A DNA stretch of 64,000 nucleotides from Hemiscyllium ocellatum (GCF_020745735.1 NC_083408.1:93898484-93962483), one strand, 5' to 3'; shown: positions 11,473 to 23,520, numbered from the stretch's first letter. A program made the numbers and translations. Notes: generated by a model from the sequence alone, not told the origin.

Positions 11473-14400
11473 AAATGCAGGGAAGAATGGAGTATGGAAG
11501 TGATTTGGAAGGAATGAAAGTGGAATGCTCAGACCATCACTGATAACAGAAGTATCAGTAAAATAGCCAAAGATATCAAGATAAGCAAGCAATTGAAGGT
11601 TAGTGATGAATAAGGATTTGGCTGTCAAACAGCAACCTACTCTTGTACATTATTCAGGAGTGTTTGTTAAATCGTTGGGCTTTTCTCTTTATCTGTTAAT
11701 GGAAAAGTTGGAAACTAATAAAGTTGTGAGTAATATTGAGGTTCGATAGAAGCAGTTTCAGAACACTGTTTGTTTGTTGCCTGAGAAACTCCCTATTATT
11801 TGTCTGCTTATTTCCCCAAACTAATTGAACAATAAAGCTCATTTCTTCCTGTGAGTAACTACAGCTGAGTTAACGGAGGAGTGTGGGAAGCTTAAAGGAG
11901 CCTAATTGTTGTCAGTGGGACTCATTCAGCTTTAGTTGACCAATATTTTGAATTACATTTCACCTTGAAAAATTTATTTGGAGAAACCTTTCCACATTTT
12001 TTTGGTTAATTATGTGGAGTCTTTACAAGGATCAATTAGATATAATACAAGATCTCAAAGAAATTAAAAAGGTTGAATATGAATATGTTTGTTAAATGTA
12101 AGCATATCATAATTATAATGTTACAATTGAAAAGAAAACTTCAAGTAAAAACGAGTAGAGAATGTTAGCAATTCTAGAATTGAATTCACATTTGATTAAC
12201 ATTTAAAATTATGGTGTTTAAAATACAGCACAGAACTTTATATATTTCAGAAATAGAACATTGTGGAGATTGGGTGGTCCAGAGTTAACATGCTATGTTA
12301 AGAATCTTTCATCTCTGGTCAAAATCCACCTCAAGTTGGTTAGATGAAAGCTTCTTCACTATGTTGATAATAGGTAACTAGAAACAGCTCATTGGTAATT
12401 TCACCCTAGACTCCTCAAGGGTGACTGTTGCATGGCAAGCAGAAACAAAGATACCTGATTGAGTTATAGTGTGATTTTCTGGTGCAAAGACTATTAAAAA
12501 CTATAAAGGAAGCCTTACACTGCATATGATACATACTTCAGTAAGCTCTTGCTTAAAAGTTGCAGTTGTGCTTCTTAACGATGCAGTTTTAAGTATCTGC
12601 TAATTACAATGATCAACAATATAAAAGCTGTTGTTACCTTCAATAGGACATTTTTTCATTTAAAAAAATCATAAAAACATGCCTTGCATGTCAAAGTATT
12701 GTACTTTCCAATGTCAGTAATGAAATAACTTTTTAAAATATACTCAATGCAAAAAAGCAATACACTAAATCTACTTAAGTCCTATATTCTAACTCTTCCC
12801 CCTGTTACCACTTGACTGTTTGACTCTCCCACTCACTTCTTCCACTCCCTAATGTTCAATGTGAGTGAGGGCTCAGGATAGACGTGACGACAGAGAGCAA
12901 GTGAGCAACAAGAATTACTTCTGGGATGAAGTGGTGCGTAAGAAAGTCAGCAAGCATAAGAAAGTCTCGGCAAATGGGAGAGCATCTTGGGAAGTAAGAA
13001 ACGCCACTCCGAATTAGGGAATAGAAAAATAATAGGATTGTGTGATGCAGTAAAACAGACATTGGCCTTTCATAATTTACTGATGAGATGAAATGTTCAT
13101 CTGTTCACCTGCTTAAAGCACCTTTAACATGAAATGGCCTTTATCTGTCTCAGTCAGTTGCATGAGACCTGTGGGATAATTAGGCACTAACTGACACAAA
13201 ATCAGTATTCACAGAAAAAGTTAGCAGGGACAATGCACAAAAAGGATCACCATAATACCTTACAGCTCCTCTGCAAGATTGAGAAACATTGTGCAGAAAT
13301 AATGAAGTTTTACTCAGTCTAATCTGTCCTGGGAAGCACAGCAAAATGTGTTTTATTGCTCAGTATAAAATTCCCATACCTCAATTAACAGAATGAAACT
13401 ACGTTTTTTTCTCAAGAAAGGTTGTAAATTATGGTGAATTCCTTGTGATCACATCAATAGATCTTTGCTGTTCCTGTCCCTGAGTGCATTGGACCACATG
13501 GGGGTAAAAAGGGCAATTGCCTTCTAAATGCTCATTTGGTTGCTGTCTAGAGAATCTCATATACGAAGGGACCCAGGAACAGAAAAACTGTGCCCTCACA
13601 TCTGGATGCAAAGGGAATAGGGTGAAGTGACAAGATGTGAACTGTAGCAAAAGAATTGCTCTTGATGCAGCAAGCATGTTTTTCCTTCGAACTGAAATCA
13701 AGATTTAACACAATCTCCCCCATTATCCCCTAATAATCCAATCGAGGGGCATATATTTTGAAATGTTACAGGTCTATATTCAGATATTTGATGCAGGTCA
13801 TGACAGTCAGTGATTTTCAGTCTTCATCCTCATGTAGGATTATAGGGTTACTGAGAAGGCCCTTTACTTGCATGGAGCTTGTTCTAGGGATACTTTCTTG
13901 ACACTACAGAAAATGCAAACCTTTTTTGAATACATATCTGTGGAGGAGGCAATACTTTAACCTCCTTCCTTAAAAACCCCAATGCTGTTCAAATTTATCC
14001 CTGGTGTGAGAAGACCAGAAAATTGAAATGATTTGATTCGCTTCATTGGAGGATTCAGATCAGTGATGAAGCTTCAGCACAACCAGTGAGTCGGATCTCA
14101 CTTCGGGAATCTGATCTGCCCTAGTATCAGGAGCTGAGAAGCATTTCTCATCCCATGCCATCAAAAATGCAGTTCGGCTTTCCAGTCTTTAACAAGCAAA
14201 CCAGAAACTCTCAGAAATGGCATCGATGGAGTGTAACTGAATTCCGTGTGAGGCTCCTACTGTTGTTATGGGTGAGAATCCAATTGTGATCCTCATGGAA
14301 CTTTAAAGGCATATTGTTTGCATTCAGTCTCAGTGGGTCTTGTTGGATCATGGCAAAGAAACAGAATTACCAGAAATGCAAGCTAATGCATGACTTTAAT

Positions 14401-14589
14401 GGTCTATAATCATAAACATGAGAGAATAAGTTTTATTTTTAAACTGCAGATCCAAACTTTGGAAACAAACTAACCCATTCTGAATCAAAATTAACCCATT
14501 CTGCCCATGAATGAGTTGAAAGCAAAACTATGGTTTTGTCAGGGGGAGTTGAGTCAAACAAATATGATTAAAATTTTCAAAGTAGTAGT

Positions 14590-16105
14590 AGGTGTGTAGA
14601 TGAGGCTAATGCAGTTGATGTAGTCTGCATGGACTTCATTAATCTTTTGATAAGATCTCACATGGCAGACTGATTAAGGAGCTAAGAAGCCACGTGATCC
14701 AGAGCAATTTGGCAACTTGGAATTGAAATTGTCTTGGTGGCAGGAAACGGAGTGTGATGTTTGAAGGCAGTTTTTGCGACTGGAAACCTGTATCCTGTGG
14801 CAAACCAGATGCTTTAGTGCTGACTCCCTTGTTGTTTGTTGTGTATATTAATAATCTAGACATGAACAAGACCACTAATTTCAGAGATGACATGAAAGTT
14901 AGTGGTGTAGGAAAGCCTTTAGATTACAGGATGAAGTAGATAAGGAAGGGAGTAAATATTGAATGGTAAGAATCTAGGAAGTACAGAAGATCAGAATCTT
15001 GGAAGGTCAGATTATAAGTTTCTCGAGCAATTTCTATTTTTGGATCAGAAGGACCTTGATGTGCATGTTCATAGATCCTTGATGACAGTTGGATGGATAG
15101 ATAAGGTAGTTAACAAGGTATATGTGATACTTGCCTTTTATTAGTCAAGATATTGACTGCAAGAGCAAGGAAAAGAAGAAGGAGCTGTATAAAATGTTCA
15201 TAAAACCACAGCCGGAGTACTGTGTGCAGTTCTGGTTGCTGCACTATAGCAAGGATGTGAATGCACTAAAGATTGCACTTCTTCCAAAACCACAATCACT
15301 TCTATCTTGAAGGATAAGAACATCAGATATAAGGAAAAACCACCATCTTCAAGTTCCCTTCTAAGCCACTCACCATTCTGATATGGAAATATATTTCCAT
15401 TCCTTCACTGTGGCTGGATCAAAATCCTGGAATTCCCTTCCTAATGGCATTGTGGGTCAACTTTCAGCAGGGGGGACTGCAGTGGTTGAAGAAGGCAGCT
15501 CACTATCACTTTCTCAAGGGCAACTAGGGACAGTCAATAAATACTGGCCCAGCCAGCAATGCCCACATTCCACAAGTGAATAAAAAAAGAGAGAGGATGC
15601 AGAAGAGACTCACCAGGATGTAGTCTGACCTGGACTGATTCAACTATGATCAGAGATTAGACAGGCTAGGGTTGTTTTCCTTCGTGGTTGTGTTGTACAA
15701 CACAATGTTTGTGTCTTTCAGTGTTTGAAGTTGGTGAATTTATTGATGTTTCTCAGTGTTTGAAGTTGTTCTTGAAGACTGAGGGAGGTTTGATTGATGT
15801 GTACAAAGACCTGAGGGGCATAGAACGGGCACATAGGAGAAACATTTCCCTTTAGTAGAGGAATCGATAACAAAGTGTCATAGTTTCACAGTAAGGAGCA
15901 GGTGGCTTAGAGGAGTGTTCAGAGTTGTTTTCAACCAGAGAATTGTGAATATCTCAAACTCACTGACTGAAAGCATGAAGTGTTTAGTAGAGGATTTGAA
16001 AACCCATAACACACAATGCTACAGGTCAAGTGCTGGAAAATAGAATTAGAATAGATGTATGTTAATGACCAGCATGGACAATGTGGGCCGAATGGCCCCT
16101 TTCCA
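14590..16105 (+). mobile_element. CR1 RT fragment (decayed), interrupted at about 15275-15588
   Basis: Remnants of AVDVVCMDF, PLLFVVYINNLD and EYCVQFW, plus the 3' end GGGCCGAATGGCC. Confidence 0.8.
15275..15588 (+). mobile_element. 3' end of the unclassified shark non-LTR family, inserted in CR1
   Basis: Ends GGGCAACTAGGGACAGTCAATAAATACTGGCCCAGCCAGC...GAATAAAAAAA. Confidence 0.65.
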
Positions 16106-16693
16106 TGGAAATCTAACTCCCAGTGACTGCATTGTTAAATGGATGCCAAGCGGATCTGTACATGAACCAATCTCATTTGTAATGCATTTGGTGGTTCAAC
16201 TTGTCTTGTGCACCAGGTACACCTGAACAATTCCCATCTGTCATGATATATGATTAATTTATGTCTCATTTTCAACTCCTACACATGCAACGCTATCATC
16301 TCGGTAAACGGTATGCTCATAATAGCAAAAGTGTTGATATCGGAGAGTTGGAACAGGCTGTGTTGGCAGTGGAGCAATGTGTAACATTTGAGATGGATGA
16401 CAGCAGCCGTCTGCATGTCGTACATATCTCAAACGGTATTCTGGCTATACAAGCACAAAGCTTCTGATGTTAAACAAAGGCTCGTGCCAGTGGACAGAAT
16501 TAATGTTACATTTATGGCAACTGTTTTATAAAAGGAATATACCTTTGAAAGTTTAACGTACAATTTCAGAGTCCTACCTTTTGAATTAATAGGGCAAAAT
16601 AAGAAAAAAACGCTTGTGCATATGATATTTATTTTGCTCAACAATCCAACTATTCTTGAGTAAACAAACTAAAGGGACCTAGATTGTTGTCTC

Positions 16694-16802
16694 GTGTTAC
16701 AGTGCGCTATCACCTGGTGAAGGAGCGTCGCTCGGAAAGCTAGTGTGCTTCCAATTAAACCTGTTGGACTATAACCTGGTGTTGTGTGATTCTCAACTTT
16801 GT
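16694..16802 (+). mobile_element. PLE pLTR fragment with a core-mutated hammerhead
   Basis: CACCTGGTGAAGGAGCGTCGCTCGGAAAGCTAGTG...AAACCTGTTGGACTATAACCTGG. The core reads CTGGTGA instead of CTGATGA. Confidence 0.85.
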
Positions 16803-16809
16803 AGCTGCA

Positions 16810-19800
16810 GGAGATATTCACTCGGGTTTCTGCTGAATGTAGAAAATATCCGATAAGGCCTTAGCGGGATGCAGTGCACATCTTTGAGTGAACCCTCTGC
16901 CAGAGACTAACAGGAACTCTTAAACGTGACCAGTACCTGTTGAAGAAACACACACACGCTCTCCCTGATGCCTTTCGCTATCTTTAGCCCAGGATTCGTG
17001 AATTTCACAGCCAGTCCCAGCTCCATTGCCAGACAAATGGCTTGAATACATCAGTTCTCGCTGCCGCCAACTCTCTTAAGTGAGATCAGCGCCTTGACAA
17101 GGCGAACCGCTGAGAAAGCAGATCAATAGGAAATTTTACAGTTGACCGTGGATTGCAGCTTAATATGTCAAAGAGAAAGCGACACGGGTTTCTAAAATGA
17201 ACAACTCTATAAAAGAAATGCGCGTGTGAGACAGAGAAAGAATAGGGGCGGGGAATATTCTGGCGAGATTCCAAAAGTAGTTTGAAGAAAGTAGCGCCCC
17301 ATATTGCTTTGGGAACGTGTCCCTTCTGTTAGGCACATGAATAAACAAGTCAACAACGGGTGAATAGTGGGAAGGGAAACAGCAACATTTCAGCACAGTG
17401 ATCATCGAGCAATGTACACAGGAGGAATTCAGTAGTCATTAACTTGTCTAGCAGGCCTCACACATAATGAGTCACACGAAAACAAAACAGCAAAATTACA
17501 GCACACGACAGGTGATGATATATTTCCCAGGCAACTTCTCAAAATCCCAGCGTCATTCAATCTCATCCCAGCACACACTCTCAATCTGCGGTCTTGACTC
17601 CTATAATTTTATACACAGGTTGGACTGAGCCAAGCTGCTGCAAAGGGGAAGCTTTTTTTGGGGGGGGGGGAATACTAGAGAGAAAAACTTGAAAAGCTGA
17701 AGCAAGGATGGATTTTGCCTCCCACCAATCATGGCCTCCTGCCCACGTGCACAATCAAAATGCTTTAATAAAATAAACTTTGAATAGCCTGGCGCTTTTA
17801 AATGTGTCTAGGATCGACATTGAAAAAATAAATCAAAATGTCACCCCAAATGATGAAGTGTTTTGCATTTAATCTATAATTGCCACAATGAATCATTATG
17901 GATATTTAGTTTGCAAAGTATTAATTGATTCAAACCCATTAATAAACATTGAATATAAAATGAACAGCAAATCCTACCAAATCAGGCCTTGAAATTTTAG
18001 ATTTGAATTTTTTTTGGGTTTATGTCTGAACTTGGTGTAACTAAAGTTAATTCTCCGAGGGGACATTACGTTTCTCTTATTCCAAGACTTTCTGCTATGT
18101 CTCGTGTTAATATTTATTAGACTGGATTTATTTCGTAAATGTGGTTTCCTCTTCGGGTTACACTGAGTCAATTTATTTGCTTTCCCTCACCGGGGAGTTG
18201 GTGTCTTTTTCTCCTGAAGTCATTTTCTACGCGGGTTATTCCCTTTCTTTGCGTCAGGTTAACGCGTGTTTTGCTGGCTGTATAACACACTAAATTATCC
18301 ACCATTAACTTACACAGCACCTCAGGGCTTTGGGTCCAACAGGGCGATGCTGCTAGTTTTGCTCTCACACAGGCATCCCGACAACAGATACATTTTTCTT
18401 CCTTGTTTCCTCTGACAGGAATCCATACTGCTCTCTCAAAACCTCCATTTCCCTCAGAGAGATTTCCCCTTAGCTCCTTCTTGGATTAATTTGCGACTAC
18501 GTTGCACATTTTTGACCCCCAACTTTGGAAACATTTATTTTGATGTCCACCTTACCGAACCCTCGCAATTTTAAAGAGCTCTAACAGATTACCCTTTCTC
18601 TTGGGGATTTAAAAAAATCAGCAAAAAACTCGAAAGCTCACAGCCAGTTCAGTTGCTCAATGAGCAATGATAACTACAGTTGCCAGAGCTCATCTCGTTC
18701 CGCACGAGAGCACACTGAAAGATTGATTCCCTTCAAAGACAATGTTCTTTTAATAGCGGGTGAAGAGATAGACTGGAGATGAAAGGTCACATTAATAAGG
18801 AAACGTTAAAAAAAAACGCAACTGAAGTCAGTGGCTCATATCCTGACTCTACAGGTCAGTTGGGACCAGTAATGAAAGAGTTTACTCACTGAGTCTGAAA
18901 GGCGTAGATATTGGCAAAGTGAAAACCATCCTCTTAAACAAAAATGCTAGATTTTTTTAAAAAAAACATTCTTCTAAAATCTGAAACATTTGTTTCTACA
19001 TTCCTGATATATTGGCTCATTTGGCGGATTGCATTAGTAAATGGCAAGGACAGAGGGCGACACATGAAGAGTTTAAACAGGCATTGATGCAAATATATAA
19101 CCATTGACACCGTTTAAAACTTCTGACCGGGTAATTTTTTTGAAACATAAAATAGAGGTTAGACGCACCTATCGTTTGCTCTCTCATTTCTATTTTACAT
19201 CTTATTGCGCCGATTATTGCGTCTACTTCCAAGTGAAGGCAGAAGTAGCGTTGACAGTGCAATTTAACATACAAGGATTCAGAAGACGGGGAAAGAAAAT
19301 TTTTTTTTAGAAGTGTGAAGTAAGAACAAGGAGGACTGTTGAAGAGAGAGAGAGGCAGTCAGCCAGGTAACCTTTGAAAGGTATATAATGTGCAGTCAAT
19401 CGGCTCGACCTGCCCTGTGTAACGTAAGTACAGAACAGACTTGCACCTGAACTGGTAACTCCAACAAGTTGTGCGATTTCACTGAGCGATTCAGCCACAT
19501 TCCAGTCTGCAAAATGCGGCTATTGGACGAGAAATCGGAGCCTGGAAGAATCGATGATCTTCTGAGCGTGAAGGGATCGACGTGGAAGGTGTGTGTGTGT
19601 GAATGTCGGAAAGAGAGAGAGAGAGAGAACCCGAGAGAAGATGCGAATGAGGGAGACAGCGCCTCAGGAAACTGGGGCGGTGGAGTTTGTTCATCCAAGA
19701 CTTTTTAGCAAGAGTCCCTAAAATTGTCACACTCAGAGCCCCCTCCCTACCCACTTCCCATAATTCCCCTGAGATTTACTGGTTCTGAGATCGCTCAGTG

Positions 19801-20900
19801 CAAACTTAGCAAAAGTGTGTACAGGGTGCGTGACTTCTTCACAACTTCCACCCTGCTCGTCAAAGTTGTTTGCATCTGACGATTCTTCCTTCCCCTGACT
19901 TTGAAGCCACTGGACTTGACGCTGCATGACCCGGGGATAGTGCCTGTTCTCCCAGGAGCATGTCCCTCTGCCCCGCTTGCGCCAATCTAGTCAGGACGAG
20001 GATAAGCGCTTACCGTTAACGGTGACACGGATTCCTGAGAACTGCAGCTCTTTACCCGTCCGACAACAGGGGAGACCTGTTGAGTTCTTGGGAACGGAAT
20101 GAAGTTGAAGCACCCTCGCACTCGCTCAGTCTGAAACGGGAAAACGCCCACTTGCTGATCTCACTAACCCACCAATGTAACTCAACTCTTGCAGACCACT
20201 CTCCGGGCCCTCCTGCATGCTTGGGGGATTCGCCAGGGCTGTCTCCAATGAGCTCACAGGTGGAGTCAAGTTACACGGTGCCATGCTGTGGAGAGGGATG
20301 TTACAAGCTCGGTGACTGAGCAGCCCCATTGTGCCTCTCCTCCGCGCAGTCACCTTGGCTAAGTGTGGAACAACTCTGACAAAGTGGCCTCATATCTCTC
20401 CGTTCGCCACAAGTGCACTCGTGTTCCGTACTCAGCTTCCCTTGTACTTAAACCTCTCGGGCCGCCAGTGCACCAGCAGGCAATGAGCATTGTTCTTGAA
20501 ATAGTAAATCGAGGGGAGTGGGTGAAATTAGCTCTGTCAGCAAACAGAAGGGGGAAAGGGCTTCAGCGCCGTTCAACGCCGCTTTGTTTATTCAGGACTG
20601 GTAACAGTTACATCTCAGATGACAGGAGTACAATTGAGCACGCCCGTTCTGTTGGATTGTAATGCTAAATACCGTGACTTGCGGCAGGTGCTACATATTC
20701 GTGATTTTTTTCCTCTCTCTTTATCTCTCTCCCTCATTCATTCTCATTCTCCCTTTCTCGCATTCGCCCCCACTCTTCGCTCTGTGCCTGCTCACATTCA
20801 TCCATTGGATACAAACATTTTTATTGTTAGATTTCAAGACAAGAAATAAAAAGCAACGTCTTGTCTCCATTATTAAAAACTCAGCACTAACTTTAACTGA
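16810..20900. promoter_or_regulatory. CpG-retaining, TE-free island (probable hypomethylated promoter/regulatory domain)
   Basis: Hand count of about 25 CpG in 19381-19980 versus about 3 in 10021-10620. No recognisable TE over about 4 kb. Motifs: GC box 17245-17253, TATA-like sites 17208-17215 (+), 17607-17613 (-) and 19382-19388 (+), CCAAT 17725, CACGTG 17744. Confidence 0.6.
19589..19628 (+). repeat. (GT)n followed by (GA)n short microsatellites
   Basis: Read directly from the sequence. Confidence 0.9.
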
Positions 20901-21374
20901 AAGGAAGGATATTATCAAGAAAGGGTTCCAAAAAGATTTATCCGGTCGTTACCAGGATTGGAAGGCTTGAGTTATGTATAGGGAGAGGCTAGGGCTGTTT
21001 TCACAGTAGGAGGTCAAGGGATGGTCTTATAGAGGTTTGTTTCAAATCATGAGAGGCACGGGTGAGGTGAATGGCAGGTGTCTTTTACCTAGTGTGGGGG
21101 ATTTCAAGACCACTGGACATATTTTAAGTGAGAAAAATTTAAAAAGGACATGAGGGGCAACATTTTTTACACAGAGAGTGGTTAGTGTATGGAATGGACT
21201 GCCAGAGGAAGTGGTAGATGCGGGTACAGTTACATTTAAAAGATATTTGGATTAGTATATGAATAACAAAGACTTGGAAGGATATGGGCAAAGCACACGC
21301 AGATGGGACGACAGTAGTTTAGTTTGGGATTATGGTTGGACTGAAGGGTCTGTTTCCATGTTTAATGACTCTAT
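20900..21374 (+). mobile_element. CR1/HER1 3' fragment
   Basis: AAGGGTTCCAAAAAGATTTA...TTTTACACAGAGAGTGGTTAGTGTATGGAATG...GAAGGGTCTGTTTCCATG...GACTCTATGA. Confidence 0.85.
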
Positions 21375-21393
21375 GAAATGATTACACTCGTGG

Positions 21394-21750
21394 AATCATA
21401 GAGATGTACAACACAGAAACAGACCCTTTGGCCCAACTCATCCATGCCGACCAGATATCCTAAGTTAATCTGGTCCCATTTGCCAGTACTTGGCCCATAT
21501 CTTTCCAAACCCTTCCTATTCATATACTCATCCAGATGCCTTTGAAATGTTGTAATTGTATAAGCCTCCACCACTGCCTCCAGCAGCTCATTCCATACAC
21601 GCATAACGCTATGTGTGAAAAAGTTACACCTTAGGTTCCCTTAAAATCTTTCCCCTCTCACCCTAAACCCATGCCCTCCAGTTCTTGACTCACCCAACCC
21701 AGGGAAAAAACCTTGTCGATTTACCCTATCCATGCCCCTCATGATTTTAT
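21394..21750 (-). mobile_element. CR1/HER1 3' fragment
   Basis: Minus ORF RVWNELLEAVVEAYTITTFQRHLDEYM, with the typical tail ATCATAGAGATGTACA. Confidence 0.9.
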
Positions 21751-21855
21751 ATTTTTTTTCAATTTATAAATCAATTTAGATATCAGGAAAGGTACTTCCC
21801 AAAAATGACACAGTATTGGACCACATAGTTGCATACAAGTGTATTGTTCACAGGA

Positions 21856-22032
21856 GTTAGTGAGGACTGCAGAGGCTGGAAAGTGAGAGTTGAAAAAGTG
21901 TGGAGCTGGAAGAAGCAGATCAGGTCAAGCAGCATCAGAGGAACAAGGGAGTCGACGTTTCTGGTTACGACCCTTCAACAGGACCCAAAGCATCGTCTCT
22001 CCTGCTCCTGTGATGCTACTGGGCCTGCTCTG
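21856..22032 (-). mobile_element. PLE-derived short fold-back element
   Basis: 12-bp TSD TTGTTCACAGGA (21844-21855, 22033-22044). A decayed hammerhead sits at the fold apex (about 21951-21985). Confidence 0.75.
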
Positions 22033-22344
22033 TTGTTCACAGGAAATAACTAGCTATGCCAATGCTACTAACCCAGTTGGTGTAGTCAAAGACCCTAAGT
22101 CACTATATAGGTGATTTATTGGAAACTCATTTTAAAATTTGTCTTCAAATACCTACTGTGAAAAAGTACATTACATTGCATCAATGATAAAGCACCACTA
22201 AAGCAAAAAAGAAAATTTTTGTTCCCACCCTACTTTCAAGAAGATCTGTCACATCGATCTGATCCATGATCACTTCTTCCTCCTACTGTTTTTTCATGAT
22301 CTCGCTTCATCCAACTCAACAATATCTTCACTTAAATCTCTTAA

Positions 22345-23520
22345 AACAAAAGCAAAATATTGCAGATGCTGGAAATCTGAAATGAAAACCAATCATGCTG
22401 AAGAAACTCAGCAGGTCTGGCAACAAAGAGTCATTGAGATGTACAGCATGGAAACAGACCCTTCGATCCAACCCAACCATGCTGACCAGATATCACAGTC
22501 CAAACCAGTCCCACCTGCCAGCGCGCGGCCCATATACCTCCAAACCCTTCCTATTCATATACCCATCCAAATGCCTCTTAAATGTTGCAATTGTACAAGC
22601 GTCCATCACATCCTCTGGCAGCTCATTCCATACATGTACCACCCTCTGTGTGAAAACGTTGCCCCTTAGATCTCTTTTATATCTTTCACCTCTCACCCTA
22701 AACCTATGCCCTCTAGTTCTGGACTCCCCAACCCCAGGGAAAAGACTTTGTCTATTTATCCTATCAATACCCCTCATAATTTTGTAAACCTCTATAAGGT
22801 CACCCCTCAGCCTCTGACGCTCCAGGGAAAATAGCCTCAGCCTGTTCAGCCTCTCCCTGTAGCTCAGATCCTCCAACCCTGGCAACATCCTTGTAAATGT
22901 TTTCTGAACTCTTTCAAGTTTTCCAACATCTTTCCGATAGGAAGTAGACCAGAATTGCATGCACTATTCCAACAGTGGCTGAACCAATGTCCTATACAGC
23001 TGCAACATGACCTCGCAACTCCTGTATTCAATACTCTGACCAATAAAAGAAAGCATACCAAACGCCTTCTTCATTATCCTATCTACCTGTGACTCCACTT
23101 TCAAGGAGCTATGAACCTGCATTCCAAGGTCTCTTTGTTCAGCAACACTCCCTAGGGCCCTACCATTAAGTGTATAAGTCCTGCTAAGATTTGCTTTTCC
23201 AAAATGCAGCACCTCACTTTTATCTGAATTAAACTCCATCTGCCACTTCTCAGCCCATTGGTCCAACTGGTCCCAACCCTGTTGTAATCTGAGGTAACTC
23301 TTCATTGTCCACTACACCTCCAATTTTGGTGTCATCTGCAAACTTACTAACTGTACCTCTTATGCTCGCATCCAAATCATTTATGTAAATGACAAAAAAG
23401 TAGAGGGCATCTGTGGAGACAGAAGAAAAGACAATGTTTCAAGTTGAAAAATCACACTGAACCAAACCTTCTCTCTCCACAGATGCTGCCAGATCTGCTG
23501 AGTTTCTCCAACACTTTGTG
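22345..23520. mobile_element. PLE-derived fold-back element split by a CR1 insertion
   Basis: GCAGATGCTGGAAATCTGAAA...GAAACTCAGCAGGTCTGGCA (22362-22422) resumes as GCATCTGTGGAGA at about 23407 and is mirrored at 23470-23512. Confidence 0.7.
22427..23405 (-). mobile_element. Young 5'-truncated CR1/HER1 LINE (ORF2 RT C-terminus and 3'UTR)
   Basis: Near-intact reading frames: KFADDTKIGG; WAEKWQMEFN...LEy, interrupted by one stop; QFWS...LRGDLIEVYKIMRG...FTQRVVHVWNELP. Confidence 0.95.

Noticed and set aside
14090-14110. Resemblance to 28S rRNA (GGATC...ACTTCGGGA)
   Set aside because: The match is short, gapped and in sense orientation, so it is neither an rRNA fragment nor a guide sequence.
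16261-16467. 68-aa ORF in unique sequence
   Set aside because: No homology recognised, weak start context and no supporting exon structure.
17725-17747. ERSE-like CCAAT...CCACG
   Set aside because: The spacer is 13 nt, not the required 9.
19311-19319. Possible 9-nt microexon (TTTTAG|AAGTGTGAA|GTAAGA)
   Set aside because: The upstream sequence is purine-rich with several AGs and has no TGC enhancer motif or evident branch point.
20562-20580. REST/RE1-like TTCAGCGCC...
   Set aside because: The right half-site GGACAG is absent.
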